A stretch of 53,610 nt of DNA, from the NCBI GenBank assembly GCA_032718475.1, contig JAUCBJ010003722.1:1-53610 (forward strand), in the 5' to 3' direction. Of the stretch, positions 37,790-50,245 are shown in pieces. Positions within the stretch are counted from its first letter, which is position 1. Each line of letters starts with the position of its first letter. This DNA comes from Nemertoderma westbladi (lineage: Eukaryota > Animalia > Xenacoelomorpha). A program made the position numbers and the translations under genes. Under the pieces are notes generated by a model. The model was given only the letters and a program-made list of their open reading frames with translations. It was not told the DNA's origin and did no database searches.

Positions 37790-40200
37790 TGCAACAAAGG
37801 AAACATTGCAAGATCACCAGAAAGGGGAATCTTCAAACAGCAAACCTTAACAAAACAGTTATATTCAAAACACTGCAACACATGAGATACCGCTCCGTTT
37901 AAACGACAGACCCCATAATGCGACGATTTCACAGGATACAGATATAATGGGTATGTATTAATATAACGTGAGACACAGAGTGAAAATTTATTTGTATTTC
38001 TGTGTTTGAGGATATACAAGACTTTGAACATTTTATCTTCTGCGGTATGGTATACAGTATTATCTGGAGCATGGGATGAGAAAAAAATATGTTCGTCTCA
38101 AGAATATCAAATCCAATAAAGTCTGAAACATATGATACTGGCAGCATGACAAATTGTCGAGATTTTGGTTTTGGTAACTCTAATGCCAATGGAAAGGAAA
38201 TATCCATATTTAAGAAATTTAAGGAAGAGAACTCATGATATCTACGGTACATTTGGGAAAGAGGATTTGGCGCAGTCCTAAGCATAGATTTCAATTTCTT
38301 TAAACAAGATTCAAATGGAAATGCACTAAATCAGAAATGGAGCCATGATTCCTCACATCATTTGCCAGATGTATCAATGAATCCAAGTTGTAGGAACACA
38401 TATCTGGTGAGTAAATATATCTTGACATTGCTTTACTAATTCAATAAAATCAACAGATTTTCCCCAAACTTTATACTTGAAGAGTCACTTTGTATAGTAC
38501 TACACGAAAATAAACGAATAGCAACGTGTAAAATCAGGAAATTTCTATAATAAGATAAGGGCAAAACATATTTGAGAACTATAGCACCAGTATACAAGAG
38601 AAATTTTCACAACTCAGTTGCTTTCCATCTGTCCAGTTCATCCAAATATCGAGGTTTACGGGCAAATTCTCGTGGTACATCATACTGCAAATTAACTAGA
38701 CGCTGTGACATTTATCTTATTGTACTGAATTGAACTCTTACCAAGAAAGGTCCCTTCACCCATCCACGAAGTAGCTTTCGCATAACTCCTACATACACTT
38801 GGTGCATTTGATCTATCATGAAGTTTTGAATCATGTCAATTGGAAGTTTCTCTAGTATAGAATAACCAACATGATGTTCTTCATTTAAGCGATTTCTGAA
38901 ACTTAGATCTGTTCTTAAATAGTTTTTATTTTATTTATTTCTTTAATCCGGAACTGAATCCATAAAAACAACGACTCAAAATAATCAAATTAACAAAATA
39001 TACTCACTGTATCACCTACCTACAATAGAGCACAACATGTAATATTAATATACTGAACCGTAGCAACAAAATATATATAAACAAACTAATAGTTATGACT
39101 TCAGAAAAAGTAGCGACTCCCGTATCCTACTAGTAGGACCAGTAACACTAGCACAGCATGAATAAGAACATTTTTAGATGATTTTAACCTACTAAGAAAA
39201 GATTTTATGGCGCTATATCGAATATGAATAAATTTCGGCAAATCAAGTTCACCAAACATTAAAGAGACGCTACAATCGTAACTATAACCAAACAATCTCC
39301 TTGCAATGTTATTGTAACCTACTCTCAATTTATGAAATACCTTTAGACTATAGTTACACCGAGACCACAGCGCATTGCAATAAAACGAAAGAACAAAAAG
39401 AGAATCTTTTTAATGGCAAACGAACATTTTGTAAATATTGTAAAGAATATTGTACTATTGAATAAAATATAAATATTGTACAGAATTGTAAAGAAGAATT
39501 TAACTCTGTGAAGATGACATGTCCACCTTCGTAGTTACCCCAGCACTCACATTTATCACAGCCACAGTAACCGGAATATAACTTAATGCATAATATCATA
39601 GTGCATGCAGAGTAATCGCAAACGAAACGCGAAATTGACAATTTTACATTAAATTGTCTAAAAACAATGACTTCTTTAAATAACGCTAGGAATTCATCTA
39701 CAAAATTAAGAAAAAACATTTCAATGTCTGAAGGTTTGGATGGCCCACAGTATAAACTGATTAAGGAAGGATGCGATTTAATCTCATTGCAGGTGAATAT
39801 AACTAAAATGGGCCAAAACTGCATGTTTGTACTTTTGTGCAGTGGAACACCATCGATATTAATAATAAGTTCAACAAAGAAGAGTTCTAATGGAAACTTA
39901 TAAAATACAACAGAACATAATTTTTCTAAGTTACATTTTATCCCAAAGTAAATCAGCTTCCCACTGCCAATTTCTGAAAACTTGCATTTTTCCCTTGGGG
40001 ACTTTCCCAAAGCTTCTGGCATCCACTGGGAGGGTAATACTGGATATGTTTGCATTGAGAATTCAACAAATGACTTAAACTTATAATGTTATGGGTATGT
40101 TAAACTTCAATGCCCATTCTGTTACTGCTACAGACAAGATTTGACTTTCAGAAGTTGTACACGAAGGCGCTTGGCTACTAGTAGCGCCTATAGCTACAAC
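37790..40200 (-). pseudogene. EnSpm/CACTA (CMC)-type transposase, decayed
   Basis: INIDGVPLHKSTNMQFWPIL, YCGPSKP, FVCD..A....CIK..SGY.GCDKC, LRTDLSF, DQMHQVYVGVMRKLL, VPREFARKPR.LDELDRWKATE, AFPFE..L..LKSMLR..PNPLSQ. Confidence 0.88.
38920..39488 (-). mobile_element. 3' fragment of another CR1/L2-group LINE inserted in the EnSpm transposase
   Basis: RVGYNNIARRLFG...CSVSLMF motif and an (AAAT)n tail. Removing it rejoins NSSL|RTD, with TAAA at both junctions. Confidence 0.75.
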
Positions 40201-40639
40201 ATGATCACCCTCTCCACTTAATTCCGCGCTTGACACTCAAGTGTCAGTCCATTGGAGGTGGTACCGGTACCGGTACCGGTACCTGTATAACTGTATATAC
40301 TGTATGTATATATACCAACGAAAATATCTCCAAACATCTAAAAAAACACTTAATTGAGAACCTAAATTAATCCTAATTCTATGTAATAAAATTAATACTT
40401 TCTAAAATAATATCCTTTACACAAAATTTAATTCCAAATAAAATAATTGTATTTATTTCTGCAGCTGTCTTCGTAATCATTCTACCAATCAATCTATTTT
40501 ATTCCTTAAAAATTAGATATTAGTAAGTACCGCATATTAGCCTTCCCTTGCCTTTATATAGACTGCTTTTTGTTCTCTTTTTTTTAATGCGATGGCCTTT
40601 TACTTATCCAACCTCTGTAACAATCGTATGGTCGCTATT

Positions 40640-41640
40640 TCATGTTGAGAAAAATTCCACTGAAGGAATGTAACTTTATCATAGATCAACGGACTGTTAG
40701 AAAACTAGGCTTGGGCCCTGTGGATGTGGCTGCTACTCGGGCTAATAGGAAACGCACCCAGGGGAGAACCGGTCTGTTGTCAATAAAACAGAGTAAACTG
40801 ATAGAAATGCAGTGTGAATCTTCAGAATCGGAATCCAGTGAAGAATTTAGTGAAACAGAACATGATACTACAGATACTGATCTGGATTATGACATTTATA
40901 AGGAAGATCTAAATAGATCGACAGACTGACGTGATCAATTACGTAATACTGTAAACTACCCACAGTAGCAATGTATTGCAATAGCTACAAAATTCCCACT
41001 GGTCCTACTGCCTCAATTGTCTCTGCCATTCTTTATGATATCAGCCAACCCTCTAAAGTTATAAATCGTTCCAAAATTCGCAGAGGACGAGATTCAGTGT
41101 GTGATATTATTATGAAGTCTCAGAGCACAGAGAATTAGAGGCAGTTTACTTAGTTGAAAGAAACAATAAAACCATTGTCTATAAAAATAATAAATGTCAC
41201 CATATATCATTAATACAAGAACCAGGATCTGTATATCGAGGCCATGTAACATCTTGTGGTAAAACAGCCCATCTGCAAGTGAGGCTGTCCTAGAATATTT
41301 TAATGTAGAGAATGTTATTTTAGAAAAACTTTAAAGTTCTGGGTTATGTATGATGGTGCAGCAGTAAACACTGACCATATTCACGGCACTGTGAGACTTT
41401 GCGAACTGAAACTGCAACGCCCTTGGCAATGGGTCATTTTCCTACAGCCAATCGAATTTTGCGTATTTACACATCTACACTATACCCTAGTGCTAACCTA
41501 GTTACCTTGGCAATGTTTGTCTTAATGGTATATGCTCCAACATGGTTTGACATCAAATGGAACTGGTCTATTCTAGAGGGTCCAAATCATATCTATCGCA
41601 TAATGCAAAGGTCAAATTATCTACCAAAGGAATTGCGTGT
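40640..41640 (+). pseudogene. hAT-related (hATx/hATm-like) transposase remnant, 5' part
   Basis: FIIDQRTVRK, INRSKIRR, HISLIQEPGSVY.GHVT, DGAAVNT...LQRPWQW, ANRILRIY...VYAPTWFDIK...GP.H. Confidence 0.7.
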
Positions 41641-43004
41641 AGAAAACTACTTTGAATCCCTTAGCAGAATAAACTGCTCTTTGGGGCCGTTTCCCAGGTT
41701 GCGGATCGGGATAAAATTTCACACATCGCACGATATGTGATTGTGATTTGTTGTACAACTTATACGAGTGTGTATTACATTAAACGGGAGGCAGTTTGTT
41801 TGGTTGATGCAAGTCATTCTTGGTTTGCATCTTTCAATTCCATCTGTTTCTTGGAGTCTGTGTGATGCATGCTCGTTAACGGCGACGGTGACAGAATCCA
41901 TATACTGAGAGGTCAGCCTCGGGCCGCCCAGTATACGTGCAGGTTGGGGGTGCCAGCGGTACGCAAGTACACACCACCTTCATGCCATGCCTGGCCCGGG
42001 TATGGTCATTACGGTCTTGGGTCAGAGGACGCGCCTACGTTGACCACCACTTTTGCACACACGGACGACTATTACACACACTCACACCGATTACACGAGG
42101 CATACAAGGACGGCAGCTAAACTGTGAGTTATGCATCACCGATATCATATACTTTTTTTTAGGTTATGTTACTTATTATATATTTTCCAGGACATAAAAC
42201 CAAAGTCTTTCTAAATTCTAAAGAGGGTTTAGTTTGGGGGGTCCAGTATAGAAAATGGGGCTTGGTCTTTTTGGGGTTAAACAAATATGAATGTTTATTT
42301 TTCTAACGATTATAGAAAATGCATAATGTAAATCAACCTGGCAACATAGACATGTTATCAACATGTTATTGTATAACATAAAAACAGTTTTCTGTACTTT
42401 AGGATTCAAACGTATTTCCGATATATATCCATTATAGAGTTTCTAATGTACGTACACTATGTCGTGCATTACTGTATGTCATAATAGAAACAGGTTGCCA
42501 TTGTTGCATATTCCCGCTACCCGCTATGTAGAATTTGGGCTTTTGAGTGCTCGGTGCTGGAATTCTCGTTCCTATGACAATTGTCAATGGGCTGTTATTG
42601 CAAGAACGAATGTACCTGTAGACATGGGAACAGCGCCTAGTGCCATTATATCGTGTATGGGCTTATGCCTGACTTAAAGACTCTTAACAGCTTAATATAA
42701 TACAGTAGAACGTACCTTATAAGCCCAAGCTACAATAAGCCCATCACCAAGTCATTCCGGAAGCAAAGCAAACCAGTAACCTTAAAAATTAAATATACAA
42801 GTAGTGGACATAATCCCATTTAGTAAGCATTATAGGACTACCCTATAAATCTCAGACAGACCCTGTGATAAAATGTGAGATAACTTACTTAATGTTAATA
42901 AACCTCATAACATAACCAACCCCTGTACTTCCATGAATATATTGTTACACGATATGGCACTACAAACACTTAGCTAGGCCGAGACCACTACGTCCTAATA
43001 GACA

Positions 43005-43461
43005 TCCTTTATTACTGTTAACTATAGTATTACCAATTACTATAGTATATTATCTTTATAACTGTTAACTATAGTATTACCAATTACTATAGTATATTAT
43101 CTTTATAACTGTTAACTATAGTATTACCAATTACTATAGTATATTACTATAGTATTACCAATTACTATAGTATATTATCTTTATAACTGTTAACTATAGT
43201 ATTACCAATTAATATAGTATATTATCTTTATAACTGTTAACTATAGTATTACCAATTACTATAGTATATTATCTTTATAACTGTTAACTATAGTATTACC
43301 AATTACTATAGTATATTATCTTTATAACTGTTAACTATAGTATTACCAATTACTATAGTATATTATCTTTATAACTGTTAACTATAGTATTACCAATTAC
43401 TATAGTATATTATCTTTATAACTGTTAACTATAGTATTACCAATTACTATCTTTATAACTT
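43005..43461. repeat. 47-bp AT-rich minisatellite, about 9-10 copies
   Basis: Unit CTTTATAACTGTTAACTATAGTATTACCAATTACTATAGTATATTAT, containing two ACTATAGT palindromes and GTTAAC. Confidence 0.93.
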
Positions 43462-43604
43462 TCACAAACACAATGTCAGGACTTGGTCAACTGTGTGCAA
43501 CCTTGTCGGATTCTGGAATGACTTATCCTCCCAGATAAGATCATCTCTGGATCTCTAATTCCTACAAATTAGGGAACCGTTAATTATGAATGAATGAATG
43601 AACT

Positions 43605-44050
43605 ATTTTGAACTGCAATGGATATTTTGCTCACCCTGAAAATATTATGCTGTTCGATTCTCGTAAAGAACTCACTATTCGCAGAATCATGAAAGCTATA
43701 GATAAACAAGCAACATCAGATAGATACTCTTGTCGAGTCCGTGAATTCCACGTTCCAACGATAAATTTCAAAGCAGAAAACTATTACGCACTTATTAACT
43801 GGGAGAAGCACACAACAAACCCCCACTAACCAAGGATATATATAACAATAGACGACTTAAGAACAATGTCAAACGATCGTATTGTGAACCTTCCATGTCA
43901 CACACACACGCTGCGTTAAAAACGCCACTGATTCCAGCTCGTCAGAATGTGGGGCTGATTCTCAAGATCAATTTATTCGTTCACGAAATTATGCATGTAA
44001 ATTAATGCCAAGATTACGTAAGAAATCGGACTTCAGAGGATTTGGTAAAT
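43605..44050 (+). pseudogene. hAT-related (hATx/hATm-like) transposase remnant, 3' part
   Basis: NGYFAHPENIML...RRIMKA...VREFHVPTINFKAENYYALINW and LPCHT continue the protein interrupted at about 41640. Confidence 0.7.
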
Positions 44051-45993
44051 GAATACAATAGTAATAACTTTGTAGTATACATTGTTGGATCTACTGTATT
44101 GAGTGACTTCTAGCTTCAACTGTACCATATAATTCTTATAATGTATCATACTGTTTAAGATTACCACACCCACAATGTTGTAAATTTGATAAATTACATT
44201 TAATAAAAGCCACGTATTATTATTAATATTATTTTTATTAATGATATTTATTAATTAATATTCCCATTAATCATTATTATTAAACTGGACGTTTTGATAT
44301 CAGAAGATCCTGGGTTGGAGATTCATTCAATAATTTTTGTAGAATTTACAAATCATGTTGGATTTACAAATAAAAACAAAATGTTTCAATTAACATTAAT
44401 TTGTTACCACTTTATTTTCGAGATTATGAGCAAAATTACCATTTTTCTACAGGATATGGGAACCTAAAGATATTGTCAATTTCTTCTAAAAAATCTCTGA
44501 AATGTATTTTTAATTTCATTATCCATAGTAATTCCACTATTAGTAATCATATTTCTCAAAATAAAATTTCATATAGGATCACCGTGGGTGTGCAATGCGT
44601 CTGCTATCATCAGATGTTCTGACCGAGCTGAAACTCCCCCACTGTTTAGTCCCGCAACCAATTACGTCGCCTCTGTTTCTAATAAGAATCTGCCCACTGA
44701 TCCGCCGGGGAGTCTGTATCTCGACCCTTGGATTTGGGTGACCCTAAGCCACTGATGCAATAGCTGCTCTGGGTGGCCCCCTTTCCACTACGTGATACAT
44801 GAAAGGCACGTCCCAATAATGCATCGGGATCAACACTTTCTTTCGACTTTTCTTTCTCTGTCAGCCAAAACTGATCGAATGCTTCAGTCTTCGCCTTTTG
44901 GCTACTTATACGACCAGAAAGAATAGTTGAACCCATGATTGAAGCTTTAGGGCATATCTTGGGTGTAGGCTTTCTAATCCCTGCTGATTTGAGATTCACC
45001 CCAGATGATGTGGGGCTGACACTAGACTCAAAAAGATGGGTATTATCTATATCCTACTGTCTAGCAGACCAATAACTATACTATGATCAACTGGCTGAGA
45101 TACTCCCTGATTCGGAGGGTCTGGCTGACCTACACACAGGGTTTTAGAATCCAACGGTCTGGCTGCTTGAGTAGTAGTAGTACCCGTCAGTCCGACCAAT
45201 CCTTTTTGTCTTCGAATAGCTTCACTGAGAGCCACCAAAGCGATGGAAGTTAATTCTTACGGCATGACGAAACATAATGATTAGTGCTAAAATACATAAT
45301 AACAAATTTGATCGGAACGTTTCCTATATTATTCTATATACATCATCAGACAAGTAATACAGTAGTAATAAGGCGATTTTCATAGAATTTGAAAATATAT
45401 GCACTAGGGATATTGTAATGTAAACGAATTGTAATATTTGTAATTTTATTCAATTATTAAATTAAATTAATTATTATTTTTTTATTAAGTATTTATTATA
45501 TTAAATTAATTATCTTCTTATCTTAAAATATACTAAGCGTTCCGAAAACATTTGGTATTATGTTTTTTGCTATTGCCCAACTATATTGATCTGCTTAATG
45601 GTATTTACAGATAATTCCTTGCATGAATGGAGTATATCTCTCAGCAATGCAGTATTAATTGTCACAGTGTCGTAGTAATTAAAATTCCTACTCATTCTAG
45701 AAACTGGAAATAGCATTTGAAATACAATACAATTCGCGATTAAATATCACACACAAATAACCCCTCAATTCGCGAAAAGGATCCATTATGATCTGGTCAT
45801 AGACTATATATTTTTATTTTGACGTTTTTGTAACCTTCAACCATTTGATTTACTATTTCAACTGTATACATTGATATCAATGTAACAAAGCAGTCAATGA
45901 ATTGTTTTGCTTTGACATCCTAAAAAACTTGCAATATAATACTTGTAACTTACTAACTATTTTGACAATTAATTAACTTTTATTTTTTTCCAG

Positions 45994-46254
45994 TGAATTG
46001 GGACAAAAACTCTTACATACTCTTGGTCCTATACTCCATTGTTATCTTTGTATCAACTACACTCAATTCAACAATTGTGTTTGTGATAGCTCGTCACAAA
46101 AGTCTCCGCAATGTAACCACTACCCTAGTTCTCAACCTCAGCTGCTCTGACCTTATAGTAACTTTCATTTGCATGCCCGTTCAAATTGCTAACAAGATAT
46201 ATTTCCCCTGGATATATGGAGTCGCAATGTGTCATATTATGGGATACATACAAG
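45994..46254 (+). CDS. Class A (rhodopsin-like) neuropeptide GPCR, exon encoding TM1 to the start of TM3
   Basis: Polypyrimidine-CAG acceptor and G|GTAAT donor. Motifs LNSTIV (N1.50), LRNVT, NLSCSDLIV..CMP, WIYG..MC. Confidence 0.9.
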
Positions 46255-46519
46255 GTAATAAAATAAAATAATTTCATTTAAAATAAGATTGGCACGTACC
46301 GTACACTACTTAATTCATAATAAAATATATTGGCCGCCTAATGTAATACGTTTAATATTATAAATGTTATTATTTCATTAGAAGTATGATATAAATTCCC
46401 ATTCGGGATCTAAAGTACCCCAACCACATTGAACGGTGTGGTATGGGTCGCGGTATTGGTTCTGTGGGGGAAAAACAATGTATGTAGGAGGATTGGTGTA
46501 TTATTGTCAAAGTATAAAT

Positions 46520-47088
46520 ACATAGTACTACTACTACTACTAGGTCGAGTAGGATGCTTTAATCGGTTTAGTACTCATTAGCCCTACTAAACAATACTAC
46601 TACTACTAGGTCGAGCGAACTCGGACAGTGGAAATGAGATCCTTCCAGGCTACCCAAATTACTCAATAGTTGTCGCAATTTCGTTTCTCCCAAGTTCAGT
46701 ATCCCTATCAAGTTGATCTATATATGTATGTTATGGCCGGTCGTCCACGACTACGCTTTCCATGAGTTGGTTGCCAGAGAAGTAGATCTGGTATGACCTC
46801 GTCTTTACTTCGCCAGCAGTGCCCACTGAATCTTAATCTGCGTTCACGGAGGGTGGTTGATACAGGTGGTATTGATTGGTATTGTGTGGTACTGATGTTT
46901 AGGGCTGCCCTTAGTAGTCTTGTGTAGCAACCACCAATTCGTTGTTCAAGTGATTTAGTCAGTGTCCAGGTCTCACCCCCGTATAAAAATACACTTTCCA
47001 CTGTAGCTCGAAAGAACTTAGTCTTCAGGTGCCTGGAGAGATCTGATTCCCAGATGGTATCCATTTTTGATAGAGCTACCCAAGCCTT
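46520..47088 (-). mobile_element. RTE-clade LINE 3' fragment in the GPCR intron
   Basis: FRATVESVFLYGGETWTLTK...RRLRFSGHCWR...RSRGRP. (GTA)n tail present twice (about 46523-46542 and 46596-46608). Confidence 0.88.
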
Positions 47089-47318
47089 TTTACAAAATAT
47101 ATAAAAAAATATAAAAAAAAATATAAATACATAGATTAACTAACAATTGTAGTAAAGTTTTAATGATGTATTAATTTAACAATTTTGGAACAAACTAATG
47201 ACAATTTGGTGAGATAGGCCTAATTTAATATTGACTGAATAAATAAATAATACGATTGTATCCGGTTGTTATGTATATGCTTCCATTGTGCATTATAATA
47301 TATATTATTATTTTACAG

Positions 47319-47840
47319 CTGTTTCAGTATCTGTTAGCGCGTTCACCTTCATGTTAATGGGGATCGATCGGTTTATTGCCATCAGACACCCGATGCATGC
47401 TCGGACTGTCTGCACACTCCGTCATGCCAGAATTGCTATTCTCACCGTCTGGATCTCTGTCGCTACCTTTTGGATTCCCAACGCAGTTTTTAAAAAGGTT
47501 TCCCCACTCCCTGATGTACCTGCATTTCTGCAACATGTTCTTGTCTGCACTGAGGAATGGCCCTCAAAGGTCAGTCAAAGAGTCTATGAGGTAATCACAT
47601 TGATCGCTTTATTCATTGCACCTATCCTAGTCATAGCATCTTCATACATTATGATCGGAACACAATTGTGGAGCAGTAATACAAGAATGTTAGGGGCGAT
47701 ATATAACTCCAAGGAGGGAAACAACATACTCCAGAGTCGGCGACGAGTTGCAAAGATTCTTCTGATTATGGCTGTTACATTCGCACTTTGTTGCTTACCT
47801 CATCAAGTTGTAATGCTTCTACTCCAGTTCTATGGTTCAG
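47319..47840 (+). CDS. Class A neuropeptide GPCR, exon encoding TM3-TM6 (orexin/allatotropin/RFamide-receptor-like)
   Basis: TTTTACAG acceptor joins in phase 1 to give QAVSVSVSAFT..IDRFIAIRHP. Also W4.50, CTEEWP, FIAP...SY and RRRVAKIL...FALCCLP. G|GTAAG donor. Confidence 0.92.
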
Positions 47841-47895
47841 GTAAGGTTACTTTCATTGTTTAACTCAAGTTGTAATGCTTCTTCTACCATGGTTA

Positions 47896-48793
47896 CACCA
47901 TGTCCCAGAATATAGTGTCGTAATTCAGTGACACGCCCCCCTAATTTTTCTACAAATCTTAATGAGATTGCATGAAATTTTAAACAGAAATAGTTTCACC
48001 TCCCGACCACTGACTGGGTGAGCCAGAATTTTTATTTTTGCTTTCAATCTTTAGCTACAAGCGTTTAAAAAAGTGTCTCCAGCGATATTACACCAGTTAC
48101 ACCGCAGTTATTCTTCTACCTTATAGCTGTTTGTTGGTACCAATGGAAAGCTGGCCCTGCAAGGATTTCAAATATGTAAAACAATTTGAATTTCGTTGAA
48201 AAATTGCTGAGATATGGGCGTTCAAATGTTGCATGGTTTTGCAACGACGCGAGGCTATTTCATTCTATTTAATAAATGCATCATAATCTGGAATATTTTG
48301 TTTATCCAAATACGTAGCTGGGCAACAATGCATTACATCTTTAATCATACTATTACGTAGCTATTCATACATTTAAAAAAATGTTCCAGAATATGGTTTA
48401 TTTATTAATAGAATAAAATAGCCTCGCGTCGTTGCAAAACCATGCAACATTTGAACGCTCATATCTCAGCTATTTTTCAACGAAATTCAAATTGTTTTAC
48501 ATATTTGAAATCCTTGCAAGGCCAGCTTTCCATTGGTACAAACAAAACAGCTATAAGGTAGAAGAATAACTGCGGTATAACTGGTGTAAAATCGCTGGAG
48601 ACACTTTTTTTAAACGCTTGTATTGTAGCTAAAGATTGAAAGCAAAAATAAAAATTCTGGCTCACCCAGTCAGTGGTCGGGAGGTGAAACTATCTCTGTT
48701 TAAAATTTCATGCAATCTCATTAAGATTTGTAGAAAAATTAGGGGGGGTGGGGCGTGTCACTGAATTACGACACTATATTCTGGAACATGGTG
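47896..48793. mobile_element. Tc1/mariner-type foldback MITE with about 400-bp inverted arms
   Basis: CACCATGTCCCAGAATATAGTGTCG... / ...CGACACTATATTCTGGAACATGGTG. TA on both sides (47894-47895 and 48794-48795). Confidence 0.92.
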
Positions 48794-50245
48794 TATAGTG
48801 TTCAGATAGAGTTAATGTTAATGTTACTTTCATTGTTTACAATTTGTAATGGATTCGGCTGATGTTGGGGATACTGATCAGCAAAGCAAGCCTTATGCAG
48901 AGCCAATCAAAGATTTACTTACTTATATTTCCCAAGCTCTAAAAGTTTGAGTGAGATGTGAGTAAGTAAAATGAGTTCTGGTCCTTCGAACACAAATGTA
49001 TTATAAGATGGCATCAAATTTATACCATACAATGAAATAACCCTTCTATGATAATAAGAATTAATAAAACTATCTTTAATATTCTATCCTCGTCAATGCC
49101 GGTGCCACAAATTGTGCTAAATGTTTTGCTTCGTTGTCGGTATACTGCTATTTTAAGGTCTAATTTTGGTTTTGATAATTATAACTATATCCATGATCTA
49201 TTCAGTTGCCCTAAAGTGAAATTGGCTAGCTTATGTGCTTATTGTTACAAGATTCAAGAGATGTTTAGTTAAATTAGGAATTGCTTTATTATCTATATCT
49301 CTGTACACTACTAACACCTGTTATATCTTACATAGTATTTAAATTTTCTTTTCATTAAGTGCCTGTATTATTATTCTTAATGGACATTTATTGTTTTGTT
49401 TACATTGTATGTAATTACCCTTCTCAGGATTATTTGTATTTGTATTTGTACCTGGTTATTTCACTCAAAATATCTGTCAATAAACATATATATATATACA
49501 TTTTAATATCACCAATCTCACTAGTTTAGATTGGTTAGCATAGAGCAGGTTTGTGAGAACTGGTGATTCCGTTGGTCTTTAACCACATTCGGCACACGAT
49601 TCCTGTGGCAATAGCTATCCTGCTTCCTAATTCATAATATTTTATTAAATAAATATTTAAAAAAATAGAAATATAATATTGCATTTCTTATGTGCTTTCA
49701 CATGTTATAGAGGGTTTTGATTGGGATACGATGAAAAAACATAATCACGTTGGTTAGGACAATAAATTCTAAGAAATTCTCATTTCAAATTTGGCAGGAA
49801 AATTCAAGTTATTGTGCAATTTTCAAAATAATTTTTAAAATAATTAATAAAAACAATTTTCTGAATATGATTTGTATTTGAGTTTATTTATGTAATGGTT
49901 GGTTATGAATATTATGTCTAATATAATATGGACAATTGGAAATTGTCCATTTTATCAATCACTCACTGTATGCTCCATGCGATCAACATGCACAAAATCC
50001 ATCCTGTAATAACGCATGCACTGGCTTCTACAAATCTACAGAATAACAAATAAACAATTAACAAAATCTGATCAATTAACAAATCTGCAAATTTGTAAAC
50101 TTAGTAAACTACTGATAGATACGTAAGGCAAAAAAATGACATGAGTCACATGTTATGTAACTAAAGAGTTGGGGGGATATCTGATAGAAGCTACTGAATA
50201 CTTAATTTCGGCTGGGATACGTTTATTCCTTTTGTATTCCTATAT

